The notes below the pieces were generated by a model. That model ran no database searches, was not told the origin of the DNA, and was given only the letters and a program-made list of their open reading frames with translations. Shown here piece by piece: positions 40,401 through 53,939 of a stretch of 64,000 bases of DNA (position 1 is the stretch's first letter; each line of letters opens with the position of its first letter). A program made the position numbers and the translations under genes. This DNA is from Cycas panzhihuaensis (Eukaryota > Plantae > Cycadophyta), in contig CM041465.1 in the NCBI GenBank assembly GCA_023213395.1, forward strand, positions 184,643,741 to 184,707,740, in the 5' to 3' direction.

Positions 40401-41640
40401 TGAAGGTGAAAGACTACTGGGAGATCAGGGATGGTAAGAAGAAATGGAAATGTTTCAAAGATTTGCCCCTTGCTCAGGAGGTTGAGCAACATATTGTTGA
40501 TCTTAAGAAGGAGAAGATGATGCTCTAATTTGGCCTAGATCTCCCTCTGACTCATACACAGTTAAATCTAAGTACCTTTTCTTAATGACTGAGAAAGGTA
40601 TCACTGAAAATAAACTCTTGGGGAGTATATGGAAGTTGGGGTTACTACTCAAGATTGCTATTTTTTAGTGGCTTTGACTTAAGAACAAGATTCTTACTTT
40701 AGAGAATCTCAGGAAGAGAGGCTTCTTACTGTCAAGTAGATGCACCCTCTGCTATTGGGAGGAGGAAACTTTGGATCATATTTTCCTTTACTGTTCCTAC
40801 TCTAAGGAGGTTTGGGCTAAGCTATGGAATTCTTTTGGGGTATCCTAGACCCTCTCCAAAATGGTCAAGGACCTAGTTGTGGCCTGGGCTTGTCCCTTTA
40901 AATGTAGGACATTGTGCTCCATGTGGGTAACTTCCCTTACCACACTCTTGTGGAACATATCAAAAGAGAGAAACAAGCATATCTTTTAGGATAAAAAAAT
41001 GAATGAATCTAAACTTTTCAAGATTATTAGGGCTTCCATGAAGGAGACTTCAATGGTAAAAGATGAGGACTTCATATCCCCTAAGGATAGGATAGTTTTT
41101 ACAAACTGGGGCATTGAAAATATCAAGCTTAAACCGATGGGGGTTAGGCATGGTAGTTAGATCCCTTCCCTGCATGATTGGGTCAAGGTAAACTTTGATG
41201 GAGTATCAAAAGGTAATCTTAGTGAGGCTGGGGGAGGTGGGGTCTGTAGGGATGGTGAAGGTAAAATCATATGGGCCTTTACTGAATACTATGGCACCTG
41301 GGCCAATCATAAGGCAGAGATTCAAGCTATGTGCACAGCTGTGGACTCGGTAATTAGAGTGGGGAATCCAAGAATTATTATGAAAGGGGACTCATTGATG
41401 GTGATAAAATTTCTCAAGGGGAAAGTAGAGCCTAACAAGAAGCACCATGCTATAATTGATGATGTAAAGTTAATGCTTAGTAGGATAGAAAAGGTCCAGC
41501 TGAACCACACTTATAGAGAAGGGAATGGGGTTGGGGATCAACTTGCTAACTAAGGGGTTCAGTTAAGAAGAAATGAGTTTTGGAAGGATGATTTTCCTGA
41601 GGAATAGGGGTCTGGTTAGAAAGGACTTAGGGTGTTCCAG
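37464..41640 (+). pseudogene. LINE ORF2 (APE endonuclease, reverse transcriptase, zf-RVT, RNase H)
   Basis: MKLAS*NIGGIN, WVIAGDFN, KLDRV, EGDKNTKFFH, DYRPISLCN, NQDGFVKGRQI, KAYDRV, GLR*GDPL, FMDDNIL, CTLCYWEEETLDHIFLYC, VKVNFDGVSKGN, HTYREGNGVGDQLAN. Many stops. G21 run at 37856-37876. Confidence 0.93.
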
Positions 41641-43670
41641 GTCCAGGTGACATAGTTTTGTTTAACTAGGTCGTGGGCTTGTCACAACTGATATTTGTAG
41701 CCTTCTAGTAGACTTTGTAAGGGGTTGGGGACCTATTTAAAACCCCACATTTATTTAAACCATATCAAAAAAAAAATTACAACCATTACACTATGATTTA
41801 CATCTGCATCGATAAGCACTATGCCCCCCTTTGGGAAGGGATATTTATTAGTTATCCTAGATTATGCAATAACTCTTTAAAGGTCTTTTTAAGTAGAACT
41901 AGGTAGTGAATCTATTTGAGCAATCTAGTTGGTTCCACTTATCAACACTTGTATGCTAAACTATTTGTAAATAAATGTTTCTTATATTCAAATATTTATA
42001 TATGCTTATAATATGTTGTAGATAATTATTTTGTTAAAATAATTATGAGATATATTATAGTCTACTTAAACTAGTCATATTTATTTGAAAAAATATTCCA
42101 TTGTGCTTGTACACTATGTTTAGATCTTCTATAATTTAAGTTAGGGCAATAAGCACGTGCCTTTATTAGGGAACTCATGATGGTTCTAGTTGATACCAAT
42201 AGAGAAGGTTCATAGATTATGGACCCATTGAGATCTAGTTGTGACAATATAATAATACAAAACACCTAAGTAAATAAAAATTTATGAGATAAATAAGTAA
42301 CACTTAGCTATGAGAGTTATAAGGACTAGCAAGGAGTTATATAACTCACACATGTGAGTGATCATATGAATAATAACTCTCTTAGGGAATTAACTCCTAT
42401 ATCTTACAAATTTATATTATTAACCCCCTTATGATCCTCATTAGGAGTTATAATATTGAATCATGATCAAATACATTAATGAAGTAAATATTAACTCTTT
42501 AACACCCCTTATTAATATTTACTTTATTATTTAAAATTTATCATGCTTTATTCTTTAATGAGAATTCTAGTCAATTAGCCATCAATGTGTTAACTACTAT
42601 AACTTATTTTACACCTATTATCGGTAACATTCAATACTAAGAACACTTCTTATATGATACTAATATACCATTAATCATGCTATCATAGTTGTTCTTCCAC
42701 TTATACATTATACTCTTAAACATGTTTGTTGATGTTTATACAAAGGAACAACCATCTACTAAAACACATAGGTGACAAGTTGTTATATCCACTAGTCTTC
42801 TAATAAGCCCCTTATATACATGATTCATTATCATCTACTCAAACTTCATTTGAGACTTTTTATTAACCCTTCCACATCATTTAAGATGACATGCATGTAA
42901 ATAGCATAATAAATTATTACTACATTGAGGCAAGGAGTTCTCTAATATGATGTAATTCTTGCAACTATCCATCCACTTAGGTATACTCTTGAAATATGCT
43001 ATTTTCATGGTTCTACAAGGGAAATTCAAAGGCAATAAGGTTACAAATAATATATTGAATACAAAAATAAGAGTCCTAGTTAAAAAACTAAACTATAATT
43101 TGCTTTTACTTATAGAGAAAAATATCACTATCAAGCATAATCATAGTTACCACACCTATATTTAAATCACAATTTATTGTGCCAAAAACATAGGGCTTAT
43201 AGGCTTACAAAGGCTTTGAGGCACTAATATAGAAACAATGACTTAATCTAAAAATTTTGATGCATTATACATTGCCAACCTATTATAGCAATTATAGGTG
43301 GACATTGTCACCAAACTCTTTAAAGAGTCATCACCTATAACTTCAGGATGGCCATTCCCACCTTCCTATAGGAAAATATTGATGTGATAGCCTAGTTTCA
43401 ATATTACCCCTATAGTGGGTTGAGCCCTTATACTAGTTAAATTTCTATTTTTATTTCTTCCACAAAATCAACCCTCTAATTCTTTGAATCATTAGTTGAA
43501 AATTTTATAGCTTTATTTAGGTGGCATGCATTATGTGACTACTCAATCAAACATCCTTTATTTATATTCATTTTATTTTTATTTTTAACTTATAAAATAT
43601 CAACTAAGATATAAGCTTAATTTTACACTAGGGCATATGGTGAATTTAGGTGAAAATTGAGGGTAGGTTT

Positions 43671-46600
43671 TATTGGAACATTAATAATGCACATTTGTTT
43701 TGTCCCATATGCAAGTGAGTCCTACTCTCACTATCATGACATGTAATATAAATACACAACATAGTGTATCCTATGTATATCTATTATAAGGATACTTTAT
43801 TAATACAATTTGAGGTACCTTGAGGGTACCATTCAATCCTAGAGGTGTTTGTTTCTATTTGTGAAAATTATATTATTGCAGGGTTGAATTTCTAATATGG
43901 TATCAAAGCTAAGGTAAAGCCAGGTTGAATGAGGTGTTGGTTGATAAAACCCTAATTATGTTATACGATGTGTTGGTTGATAAAACCCTAATTATGTTGC
44001 ACAATGTGTTGGTTAATAAAACCCCAATTCTAGTATTTGAAGAGGTATTATCAAGGGTTAAAAGCATATTCAAGAGAATAAACATTGAAATTTCTAAAAA
44101 GTAATGGAAAAATTAAGATAAAATGGCTCATTCTATAAATTTTGAGTGGTTGCACTATAGATTTTAGTGTGAAAGTATAAAAATTACAGTAGAATTAATT
44201 TCGGCTTATTTTTTTTGTCACTGTATTTTTGGGACAGATCTGCAACCTCAACTTCAAAGAGCCATAACTTTGGCTACAAGTATCCAAATGACCTCAATTT
44301 TTTTCTAATTTTGTACATTTTTAAATTTAATTTCTAATGGAAGTAGTTTAAGGTTTATTAGAGTTTAGAGTAAAAAGTTATTAGTAGTTTATTAGAAGGT
44401 ATTATTATAGTTCCTAGAAACCCTAACTGTGAAATTCTTAAAAGGGGCATAACTTTTGATCTAGATATCATAATTCAATTTCGTTTGAACCATTGGAATC
44501 ATATTTCAGAGGCTATAATTTCCATCCATATTTTATGTACTTTTGAGTTATATTTTTTTTTCTTTTCTAGAAAGTTTTTTTAGGAATTTAAGGGTTTCAT
44601 ATTATACTTTTCTTGGCCATAAAACTATTGCTATTGGGGCCCAATATATCTATTGTACATATATAGTATTGGAAAAGGGTGATACTTTTGGATGATGGTG
44701 TGAATGAGGTGATACTTATGGATATTGATGATGCATTTTTCATTTATTAAAAGGATATTATTTTGATAATGAAGTAAGCATGAGTTTGTTGTATGATGGT
44801 GATTTGTTGACAATATTCAAGGCATGGATATAGTGCTCTTTTATATGTATTTACATCATAAAGTTTATAAGCAAGAAATGGCATGATTAATGGGTGAGAT
44901 GAGGCAATTACAAGATTTCTTGTATGTAATTTACATGAGAAAATAAATTGGGTGATGGTGCAATATGAGGTGATTGTTTAAGGCTCTCTTGCATGTATTA
45001 TACATGGGAGAGTACCTTTTTTTTTATGATATTAAGTCATGTTGATGTGAATGTATTTGGCACTTTATTGATGATTTGGGGTGTATAATGGTAATTATTT
45101 AATGGCAATTTGAGTGCTTTCTTATTTGTGTTCGTATGAGAGAGCTATTGTGACGATGATATAGTATGCTGATGAAGCAATAGTGCATGTGTTTACATGA
45201 ATGAGTTAGATGGCATATGGCAGCTTAGTGCTTGGAATGTGATTTACTTGAAGGAACTTTATGGGCATGATAAGGCAAATTTGATGATAAGAAAAATGGT
45301 GATTTGAGGCAATGAGGTACTTGTTGCATGTGAAGTTACATGACAAGATTAGAAATTTGTTGGGCATGTTTTAGGCTAAGACTAGGCTTGTTTGATGATG
45401 TGTTCTTTTAATTAATTGAATGGGTAAAGAAGGATAAGTTTTGTTGAAGATACTTGAGTTGTAAGAAAGTAAACATTTTTTAGTAGTGTAGATCATTATA
45501 TGACTTATAAGGGTATGTTTTATTCATTGGTAATGTCATGGCATGAGTTATGTTTTGGGTAATTAATTAAAGTGTGTTATGTCTTAGTGATATAATGATA
45601 ACATATGGCATGTGTGATCATTGTGAAAGTTATGAGGCATTGATTTGATGATGAAGTGAGTGTTTTAGATTCTATGTGACTATTTGGCGATATGAGAAAT
45701 GGACAAGGTGATGATGTGATGATGAAGTCAATGATGTGAGGGACATGAGACATGAGAAAGTTTGTTGAGATTAGTTAATGGGTATATTACCAATGTTAGG
45801 TAAGTTTGTTGATTGAAGAAAGGGATATTGTTTAGAGGTACACTTACAATCATGGAGGAAAATAATGTGGTCATGTAGATTTATGAAACAAATGAATATT
45901 ACTTAAGGGATTCATTTCTTTTGATACCTAAGTGTAATGGAAAAGACTAGTTCTTTTAGATGATTAAAATGAGATGTTTCTCCATGGTTAGAGGTTTTTG
46001 GAAGCTTGTTATTGATGGATATGATATTAATAAGGATGAAGAAGAAAAGGAAATGCTTGAGAAGAAAGACAGAAAGACATTCATCATGATTCTTGTTGTA
46101 TTAAACAAGGCTGATCTTCCTTCTGCATATCATTTTATCATTCTTAAGATTCAACATGCAAGTACTGCTAACGAAGTGTGGGATTTTTTAAGGGATATAT
46201 TTGAACAAACTCTTGAAGAGATACAATGAATGATTGAAAAGATAATTAAGGTCGATGATGATTATGGTATAGGTACAACGAATGAAGAAAATATTATCAA
46301 CACTGATAAAACAATATATCAAGATGAAGAATATTTGAATACTGATGAAATTACTATTAAACATATGATTGAATGCATTGATGAGACTACAACTACTGAT
46401 GAAGATGTTGAAAGTGATAAATCGATAAAGGTTTATTTAGATGACACCATGATTTCAAGAGAAATTAAATATGAATTTGATGGTCCTATAGAAGATGAGT
46501 TTTAGATTGATTCAAGACTGAATTATGTTCCTTCTTTGAGTATTGATTCAAGTTAAATGAGTATGCAAATTAATCAAGATTCCACTTCAAAGGTTAAAGA

Positions 46601-47207
46601 AATCACTGTTGTATATGGTGATCAAGAGCTTATTCAGGATAATGATGACATGCAAGTTATATTTGAAGATGATTACTTACAAGATCTACATCAAAATTAG
46701 ACTAGACTAACCATAATGAATAATCAAGATTTGCACTTGCTAGAGCTGATACATCAACATCATCACTATAAGATTGAAGATGGAAATCAAGCTGAGGACA
46801 TCATCCTACAAAGGCATTAGTACATAATTGAAGATGAAAATCAAGTTAAAGACATCATTCTACAGTAAAGACATCACTATAAAATTGAAGGCAAGGATCA
46901 ATTTGAAGACATCACATTCAAGACATTTCTAAGAACAAGATGTTACAAATACAAATGACCCAAATATGCATTAAGGGGGAGTGTTGTAATATTAGTAATG
47001 CACATTTGTTTTGTCCCACATGTAACTGGGTCCCACTCTCACTATCATGACATGTAATATAAATATGTAACATAGTGTATCATATGTATATCTATTGTAA
47101 GGATATTTTGTTAATACAATTTGAGGTACCTTAAGGGTACCGTCCAATCCTGGAGGTGTTTATTTCTGTTTGTGAATATTATCTTATTGTAGGTTTAATT
47201 TCCAATA
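43671..47207 (+). mobile_element. Non-autonomous Copia-type gag-only LTR element (TR-GAG-like, 3537 bp)
   Basis: LTRs at 43671-43897 and 46982-47207. TSD GGTTT at 43666-43670 and 47208-47212. Met PBS TGGTATCAAAGC at 43898-43909. PPT TTAAGGGGGAG at 46971-46981. Copia gag N-terminus (NGKD*FF*MIKMRCF...FWKLVIDGY...ASTANEVWDFLRDIF, ORF 45960-46229) followed by an acidic tail. No pol. Confidence 0.9.
43934..44029 (+). repeat. 36-bp tandem repeat x~2.7 just after the PBS
   Basis: GTGTTGGTTGATAAAACCCTAATTATGTT... units at 43934, 43970 and 44006. Confidence 0.85.
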
Positions 47208-47994
47208 GGTTTCTTATATTAATAATTGACCTCCTTATTATTATCAAAGTACCAATCCCTTTTTCTTGTTCTTGAGTTTGGTTTTTCTATATGTAATCAT
47301 TGTATTAGTTATCTTTGTGGCCCTTATAATTTCTTTAAATACTCTTTTATTAATACCTTTTATTTTCCTACCATGAATTAATGATATATTCATAAACCTT
47401 AAAATGTATTGAAGTATCTCACCATCTCTAAAATTTGCATTATCTTAGTTTCCCAAGCTATAATCCTCTTGAAGCCCATTTTATATTGATAATTAGTTAG
47501 CAATATATAATAGAGTTTTAGAAAGGGAGTTATCAAATATTGAATATTCCTAAATAATATTTTAGCTTAAATTTTTATTTAAAGAGCTATAGGTAAACAT
47601 AAAATAAAAAAAAAAGAACATTTTATCTAAATGTTTATATAACTTTAATCTAAAGTAGAAATTAAACCTATGATATATTAAAAAGTATTTTAGAGAATAT
47701 TTAAAATAATATTCTAATTTTACTAAGACTAAAGTTGGAAGAAACCAAAATTTTAGAGCTACTACAACTTCTTTCTAGCCCTACATAAATGTGCATGATA
47801 TGCAATTTTACTAGTGGTGAGTCAATGGGCTTCTTATGGCTATAAAAAGGGTAAGAAGTAAGAGCAAAAACTCAAGCTGTTTATTAAAATCTAGCTATGA
47901 ATATATCAAAATCAAAGGCCACTATAAAATGAAAAGTTAGGAGTCAAACAAAAAATAAATAAGTTGATTCTTCAATCCTATAAGAAAGTAAGGA

Positions 47995-50900
47995 TGCAAT
48001 GAGCCCAAACTAAAATGAAAATAAAATTGAATTATAGCAAAATCATCCTCATCCCTAATAATACCAAGAGGAATAACTTCTAAATCAAAACAAGCTCATG
48101 ATTACAGGGTCTAATGGGTAATAATTTATATAGTAGATTACTTAGATTATTTTAATCATATTTAATTCCATTTAAAGTTAATATTTTTGCTTGAGTTCTG
48201 TGAATACAACCTTATTTTAATCCATTGTTACTTCTATTTAAAGTCAATATTTTCTTAAGTTGCAAAAATGTAACATGCCTTCCCTTATTAAGAAAAAAGC
48301 TTTGCCCATAAAGCTTAGAGTAGTTGTCAGTAAAATCTTAAGACTTTTATGTTGTATTTTATGTCGATAAGCCTTTTCATTTGACCAGGTATTCATTTAT
48401 TACTTGATATCCGAGTTGTCTTTATTGTATTTTGATAGTACTCCAAGGTTCTATTATAACCTTAATTTCTTCATCTGTGATTGGAAACTCATTAGTAGGA
48501 CTAGAATTAGGGCCTACCCTTTTCTTTAGATTAGAAATATAGAAGACATTATGAATCCTACTTTAAGGTGGTAGGTTAAGGGCATATGCTACTTCTCCTA
48601 TCTTTATTTAAATTTGGTAAGGCCCATAAAATCATGGCATGAATTTAAAATTTCCTTGTTATTGTAACAATGCTTAGTTGTAGGGTTGTACTTATATGTA
48701 TACCTAATCTCTAATATCAAAAGAGCACTCTTCTCTATTTTGATTTACTTATTGTTTCATCCTATTTCTTTCATTTTCATTAAGTATTCTTCAATTCCTT
48801 AAATATCTACTTTGTCTATTAGATTAGTTCTTAGGCAATAGGTTTTCAAATTGCTTCTTGAATATAGTCAATTACTCTATGTAGTTGGTATCCATATAGT
48901 ACCATAAATGAAGGCATTTAGATTGTTGTATGATAAGTTATGTTATATTAATATTCTTCAAGATGGATCCAGTTTACCCACTTAGTCTAGTTTTCCCTTA
49001 AAAAAATAACATACATTTTCAAACACTTGTTAACTACTTAAAAATTTCCATCTATTTGAGGATGGTATATGGTGCTTATGGTAAGTTTTATTATTGCTAA
49101 TCTAAAAAGCTCCTTCCATAAGTTGTTGATAAACTTAGGATCTCTATCAGATATAATCTTATTGGAGAACTTGTAAAGCTTATAGATGTTATTTATAAAT
49201 AACTCTACTACTTAAAGAGTATTAAAGGCAAAATACATAGGTATAAAGCATCCATATTTTATAAGGCAATCCATTATTACAAAATTGGTATCCTTCCCTT
49301 TTAACTTAGGTAGGCTACTAATAAAATCTATTAAAATCTCTTCCCATTTTTTATGTGGAATTAGAAGAGGTTCTAATAATCTAAGATGTTGGGTGCATTC
49401 AAATTTTTGTCTTTAACATGTCTTACATTCCACCATAAGTCTTTATATGTCTTCCTTTATTCCCTTCTTAAAAAAAAAACTTCTCATCCTTTTATAAGTT
49501 TAACAATGATATGTACCTTGGTTAGATTAATCTTTGCCTCTTCTTGAGATATTATGTGCTTTAAGTAGTGTGATATTTCCCTCCTAGAGCAACATTTAAA
49601 TCTCTTTGTATAGAATTTATTAGTGCATAACATTAATGACACTAATTCTACTTGTTGGAGATGTTCCTCCCATGTCTTGATATAGATTAGAATGTCGTCA
49701 AAGAAAGCTATGGTTAAGATCCTTAAAAATATATGAATGCCTAATTCATTATTTATTAGAACATAGTTGGTGCAATAGTAAGGCCAAAAGGCATAACCTT
49801 AAATTTAAATAATCCCTGACATATTTAAAAGGTTATTTTCTCTATATCTTGTGAACATAGTAGAATCTACTAATATCCTAAACAAATATTAATTTTAGAA
49901 ATTAAGTAGCTCCATATAACTCATAAATTATATCATCTATATAAGGTGTCAAATATTTATTTTTAATCGTTATCTTATTTAGTGCTCAATAGTCTATGCA
50001 CATTTAAAAAGATCCATCATTCATCTTGATTAGGACTATTGATGCAATGCATGGGTTTTTGTCGATAGTTATTACTCCATTATCTATGTGCTCTTGAGTT
50101 AATCTCTTAGTCTTAGTTTTTTATGTATGTTTGTATCATTAGGTCTTGATTATTATGGGCCCTCTTCCTGGCTTAATCTCAATGATATTTTCCATACTTC
50201 TACTAGGTGGCCAGGTGTTTAGTAATTTATGGAATACCTTTGAGTGCCTCTCTAATACTTTGTTTAGTTACTCTTGTTACTGGGTCTCTAGCAACTCTTC
50301 TTTCTTTTCTCTTTGTGTAGTGAAGATCCTTGCTATAAACCCTACTTGACCTTTTTTGTAGTAATTTATTCTTTTTTATGCAAGAATAAAGGATGATTTT
50401 AGAATCTTAATCCCTAAAATTTAATGCAACTCCTTATTCATATGGAATCAAGTGAAGTTTTCATTATGGTTAAGTCCATATATTGCTAAGCTCCTTAGAC
50501 ATTCCACTCCCATTACTACATCAAAACCTCTAATCTTAAAGGTATAAAAGCCTATGGTGATTGTTATTATACCCAACTAAATTTATTATTACTTAATTTC
50601 TCCATGGTAAGGAATTAAATCCCCTCTAGGTATGTTGATATCAAAGTTTTTTTCCTTATCCACATTGAGCCTTAACCTTTAAAAAATGTCAATGTTGATA
50701 AAGTTATGGGTACTTCTTCAGTTGATAAGTATAATAAGATTTTATTTTTGACTATATCTATATACCTTATTGGTATTACATCATTCAATTCCAAATAGGA
50801 TAGCCATAGATATTTTAGTTTATCCATCATTTAGGGCTTAAGTTTTAAGTAATTTCTCATATTATTGATCATTTAGGATGTTTATGTACTCCTCTTCTTT

Positions 50901-53200
50901 TTTTTCTTCTTTTTAGTTGTCATCTATTTATACTATCTATACTTGTTTCCTTTTATGATAAATGAAAAGTTTGCCCCTATCTTATTTCTACCCATAATCA
51001 TAATAGAGTCCCTGAGCTCTCCTTTTAGCTTTTTTCGGATCTTCTTTAATAAGAGGTTCAGAGTTGATAGGTGGGATTGATCCCTTTAATGTCATGGCTA
51101 GCTTCTTATTGGGTAAAATATAAGATGTTGCCTTTTGAGTAATATATTGTTTAGTCATCATGGTTGCATGGAATACTTCTATTTGTCATGCCTTGCTTAT
51201 CACCTTTTTTAGAGTTGGTGGTTGAAGCCATCATATGTCTTCATATATATCACCCTAAAGGTTACTTATATAGAATGGCAAGATATGTTTGGCCTTGATA
51301 TACCCTTAATTTATAGCCTTTCAAATTCTTATGTATATTGGCTTACTAGTTTTTCTTCTTGGGAAAGAGTGAGTTAATTGTATGTGGTATAGATCTCCTT
51401 AATTTCCTTTTATTTATTCTATGAATACATCGGTGAACTCATTGAGGTATGCAATTCTCTAATGTTTCTTTCTCTATATATATGCTTAAATGTATAGGGC
51501 TCCTTTAGTGTACTCTATGGCAATGTCCAATTGGTCCTTCACATTTGCAATGTTGAATATTTTGAATGCATTCTTAATCTTAGCTATCCATTCATTAGAT
51601 TCTATCTTACCATCTTAGGAGTAATATGGTATTGTATGGTTAAGTTAAAATAGTGGCATTCTCATTTCCAAGGAATTTTCTACTCCTTTCAACTCTCTTC
51701 TAATTCCTTCACTATCTTTCTTCTCTCCTTTTATCCATTTCATCATGTTATCCATTCTCGATTCAAGTCTCTTATCTCCTAGGTATTTTACCATGTTGGT
51801 CCTCTTATTATACTTAACTTCAAAGGGCTTCTAAGTACTTGATTATAGTTTTAGTGTTGAGATTACTAATTGTCCAGTGATATCTTCTATTATTTTCAAT
51901 ATCTTTCTTTTTCTTTCATAAGGAAACCTCTTATATCAACATCAAATTTTAAGAATTTTTATTTCAAATACTCATCAAAATACATTATTTAATAACTCAA
52001 AACTATGGTCTCTACACCATAATTCTAACGATTTAGACAAAAGTGAATTCTAATATCGATGGTAAAAGTTATGGTCCTTTTAAGATAGATCAAAATTTTA
52101 GGATTTAGAGATTGTAGCAATAGCTCTTAATAAAATGATAATAAATTTTGATCTTGATATCCAATTAAATTCAATCTAATTCCAATAGAAGGTAGACTTC
52201 AACATGCTCGTATCAAAAAATATTTTAGGTCAAATGGATACCCATAGCCAAAGTTATGGTCTTTTGAAGTTGTAGTAGTTGATTTTAAGCCCTACAAATA
52301 GTGATAGATAGTAAGTCAAACTAAATTCCCTATAAATTTCATAATTTTACTCCAAAACGCATGGTATAACCACTTAAAATTTATAAAATGAGCTTATTTA
52401 ATAACTCAAAATTATGGCCTCTAAACCATAATTCTATTGATTTAGACGAAATTGAATTCTAATATTGATAGTAAAGTTATAGCCCTTTTAAAGTAGATCA
52501 AAATTTTAGGGTTTAAAGATTGTAGCATTACCTCTTAATAAAATGATGATAAATTTTGATCTTGATATCCAATTAAATTCAATATAATTTTAATAGAATG
52601 TAGACTCCAATATGCTCATATCAAAAAATATTTTAGGTCAAATGAATACCCATAGCCAAAGTTATGGTCTTTTGAAGTTGTAGAAGTCGATTTTAAGCCC
52701 TAGAAATAGTGATAGATAGCAAGTCAAAATTGATTTCCCTATAAATTTCATAATTTCACTCCAAAACCTATGGTATAACCACTTAAAATTTATAAAATGA
52801 TCTTATCGTCACAAATATATAGTTATTTTTTCTAAATTTATTCATGTACACTCTTAAAATTATAAATCACTGATAGTAAAAAAAAATGCAGATGTAATAC
52901 TACTTGTGATGAACCTAAACTAAATTGGAAATAAAATTCTTGAATTATAATATAAAATTATAATAAATCATCCTCTACCCTAAAGGTACTAAGAGGAATA
53001 ACTTCCAAATCAAAATAAACTCATAATTCCAAGGTCTAATAAGTAAGCCTTTATATAGTGGCTTACTTGGATTATTCTAATCATATTTAATTATATTTGA
53101 AGTTGGTATTTTTTCTTGTGTTGCATAAATGTAACCTTATTTTAATCCATTTTTAATTCCACTTAAAGTTACTATTTTCTTAAGTTATGGAAACACAACA
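47995..53200 (-). mobile_element. Decayed Ty3/Gypsy (chromovirus-like) retrotransposon with an internal deletion of RNase H
   Basis: Diverged LTRs at 47995-48275 and 52905-53200. Degenerate PBS at 52891-52902. PPT at 48276-48284. Gag ~51100-51700, protease ~50400-50760, RT ~49510-50150 (CIDY*ALNKITIKNKY; FKVMPFGLT; AFFDDILIY), integrase ~48480-49500 (WEEILIDFISSLP; IISDRDPKF; YGPYQI; VAYALNLP). TSD is weak (AAGGA vs ATGGG). Confidence 0.82.
51985..52806. repeat. 409-bp tandem duplication in the Gypsy 5' leader
   Basis: Units start TTATTTAATAACTCAAAA at 51985 and 52394 and are collinear throughout. Confidence 0.92.
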
Positions 53201-53939
53201 ATGGGCCTAATGGTATAGTTCCAAGCTTAGGAGCTTCATAATTTATAATCTTAGGTGTAAAAGAGTGCTCTATTAAATAACAGTAAAATGGAGGAAGAAT
53301 AATAAGGAAAAATCATAGGCAATTCAAATTATAGATGGTGGTTCCAATAACAATGCCATTTCTCTATCACACATGCTTAAGAAAAATAAATTTCTAATAA
53401 AAGCCTATGAGGCTTATGAATTTTTTAATTGCAATACATTATGGTTAGGCAGATGTTAATGAAATAGATAAAAAAATTTAAACTATAATTAGGATCTAGC
53501 ATTATTATTATAGTATAGAAGTAAATGCCATGTAAACAAAACCAAAACAATATAGAACTAGAGATAACATATGAAATTATTAACTACTATTGAATCGAAT
53601 GATGAAAAATGAATATTAATTAATTAATAGTAATAAGAAGATGTCCATAACTATATCTTTCATTTTTTCAGATAAGGAAGACTCCTTTAATACACCTTCC
53701 TTAAGGGAGGGAGAATAGAGAAACATTCCAAGACATAGTTAATTGGAAATTGCATCCTAGATATATACATACGAATACATGCATATATAATATCTAAAAT
53801 ATCTTATCAAAATGTTGACCTCTAATATTTTTATATAATAATTTACTTGAGGTTGGCATTCATATTAATTTATTATTTTTTGTTAGCATAAGCTTCCATC
53901 TTAAAATGCCATTTCTTCTAAGGCTGCCTCCATTTAGAA

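Larger units (their letters stand above)
35498..41774 (+). mobile_element. Full-length L1-clade LINE (6.3 kb), inactive
   Basis: 11-bp TSD AATTACAACCA at 35487-35497 and 41775-41785. 3' poly(A) at 41767-41776. ORF1 and ORF2 in the expected order. Confidence 0.93.

Noticed and set aside
42700-43400. Possible further retroelement coding remnant
   Set aside because: Too decayed to assign a domain by eye
43934-44029. 29-bp repeat with 7-bp variable linkers as CRISPR-like
   Set aside because: Only ~3 units and the linkers are homologous; ordinary tandem duplication in an LTR-element leader
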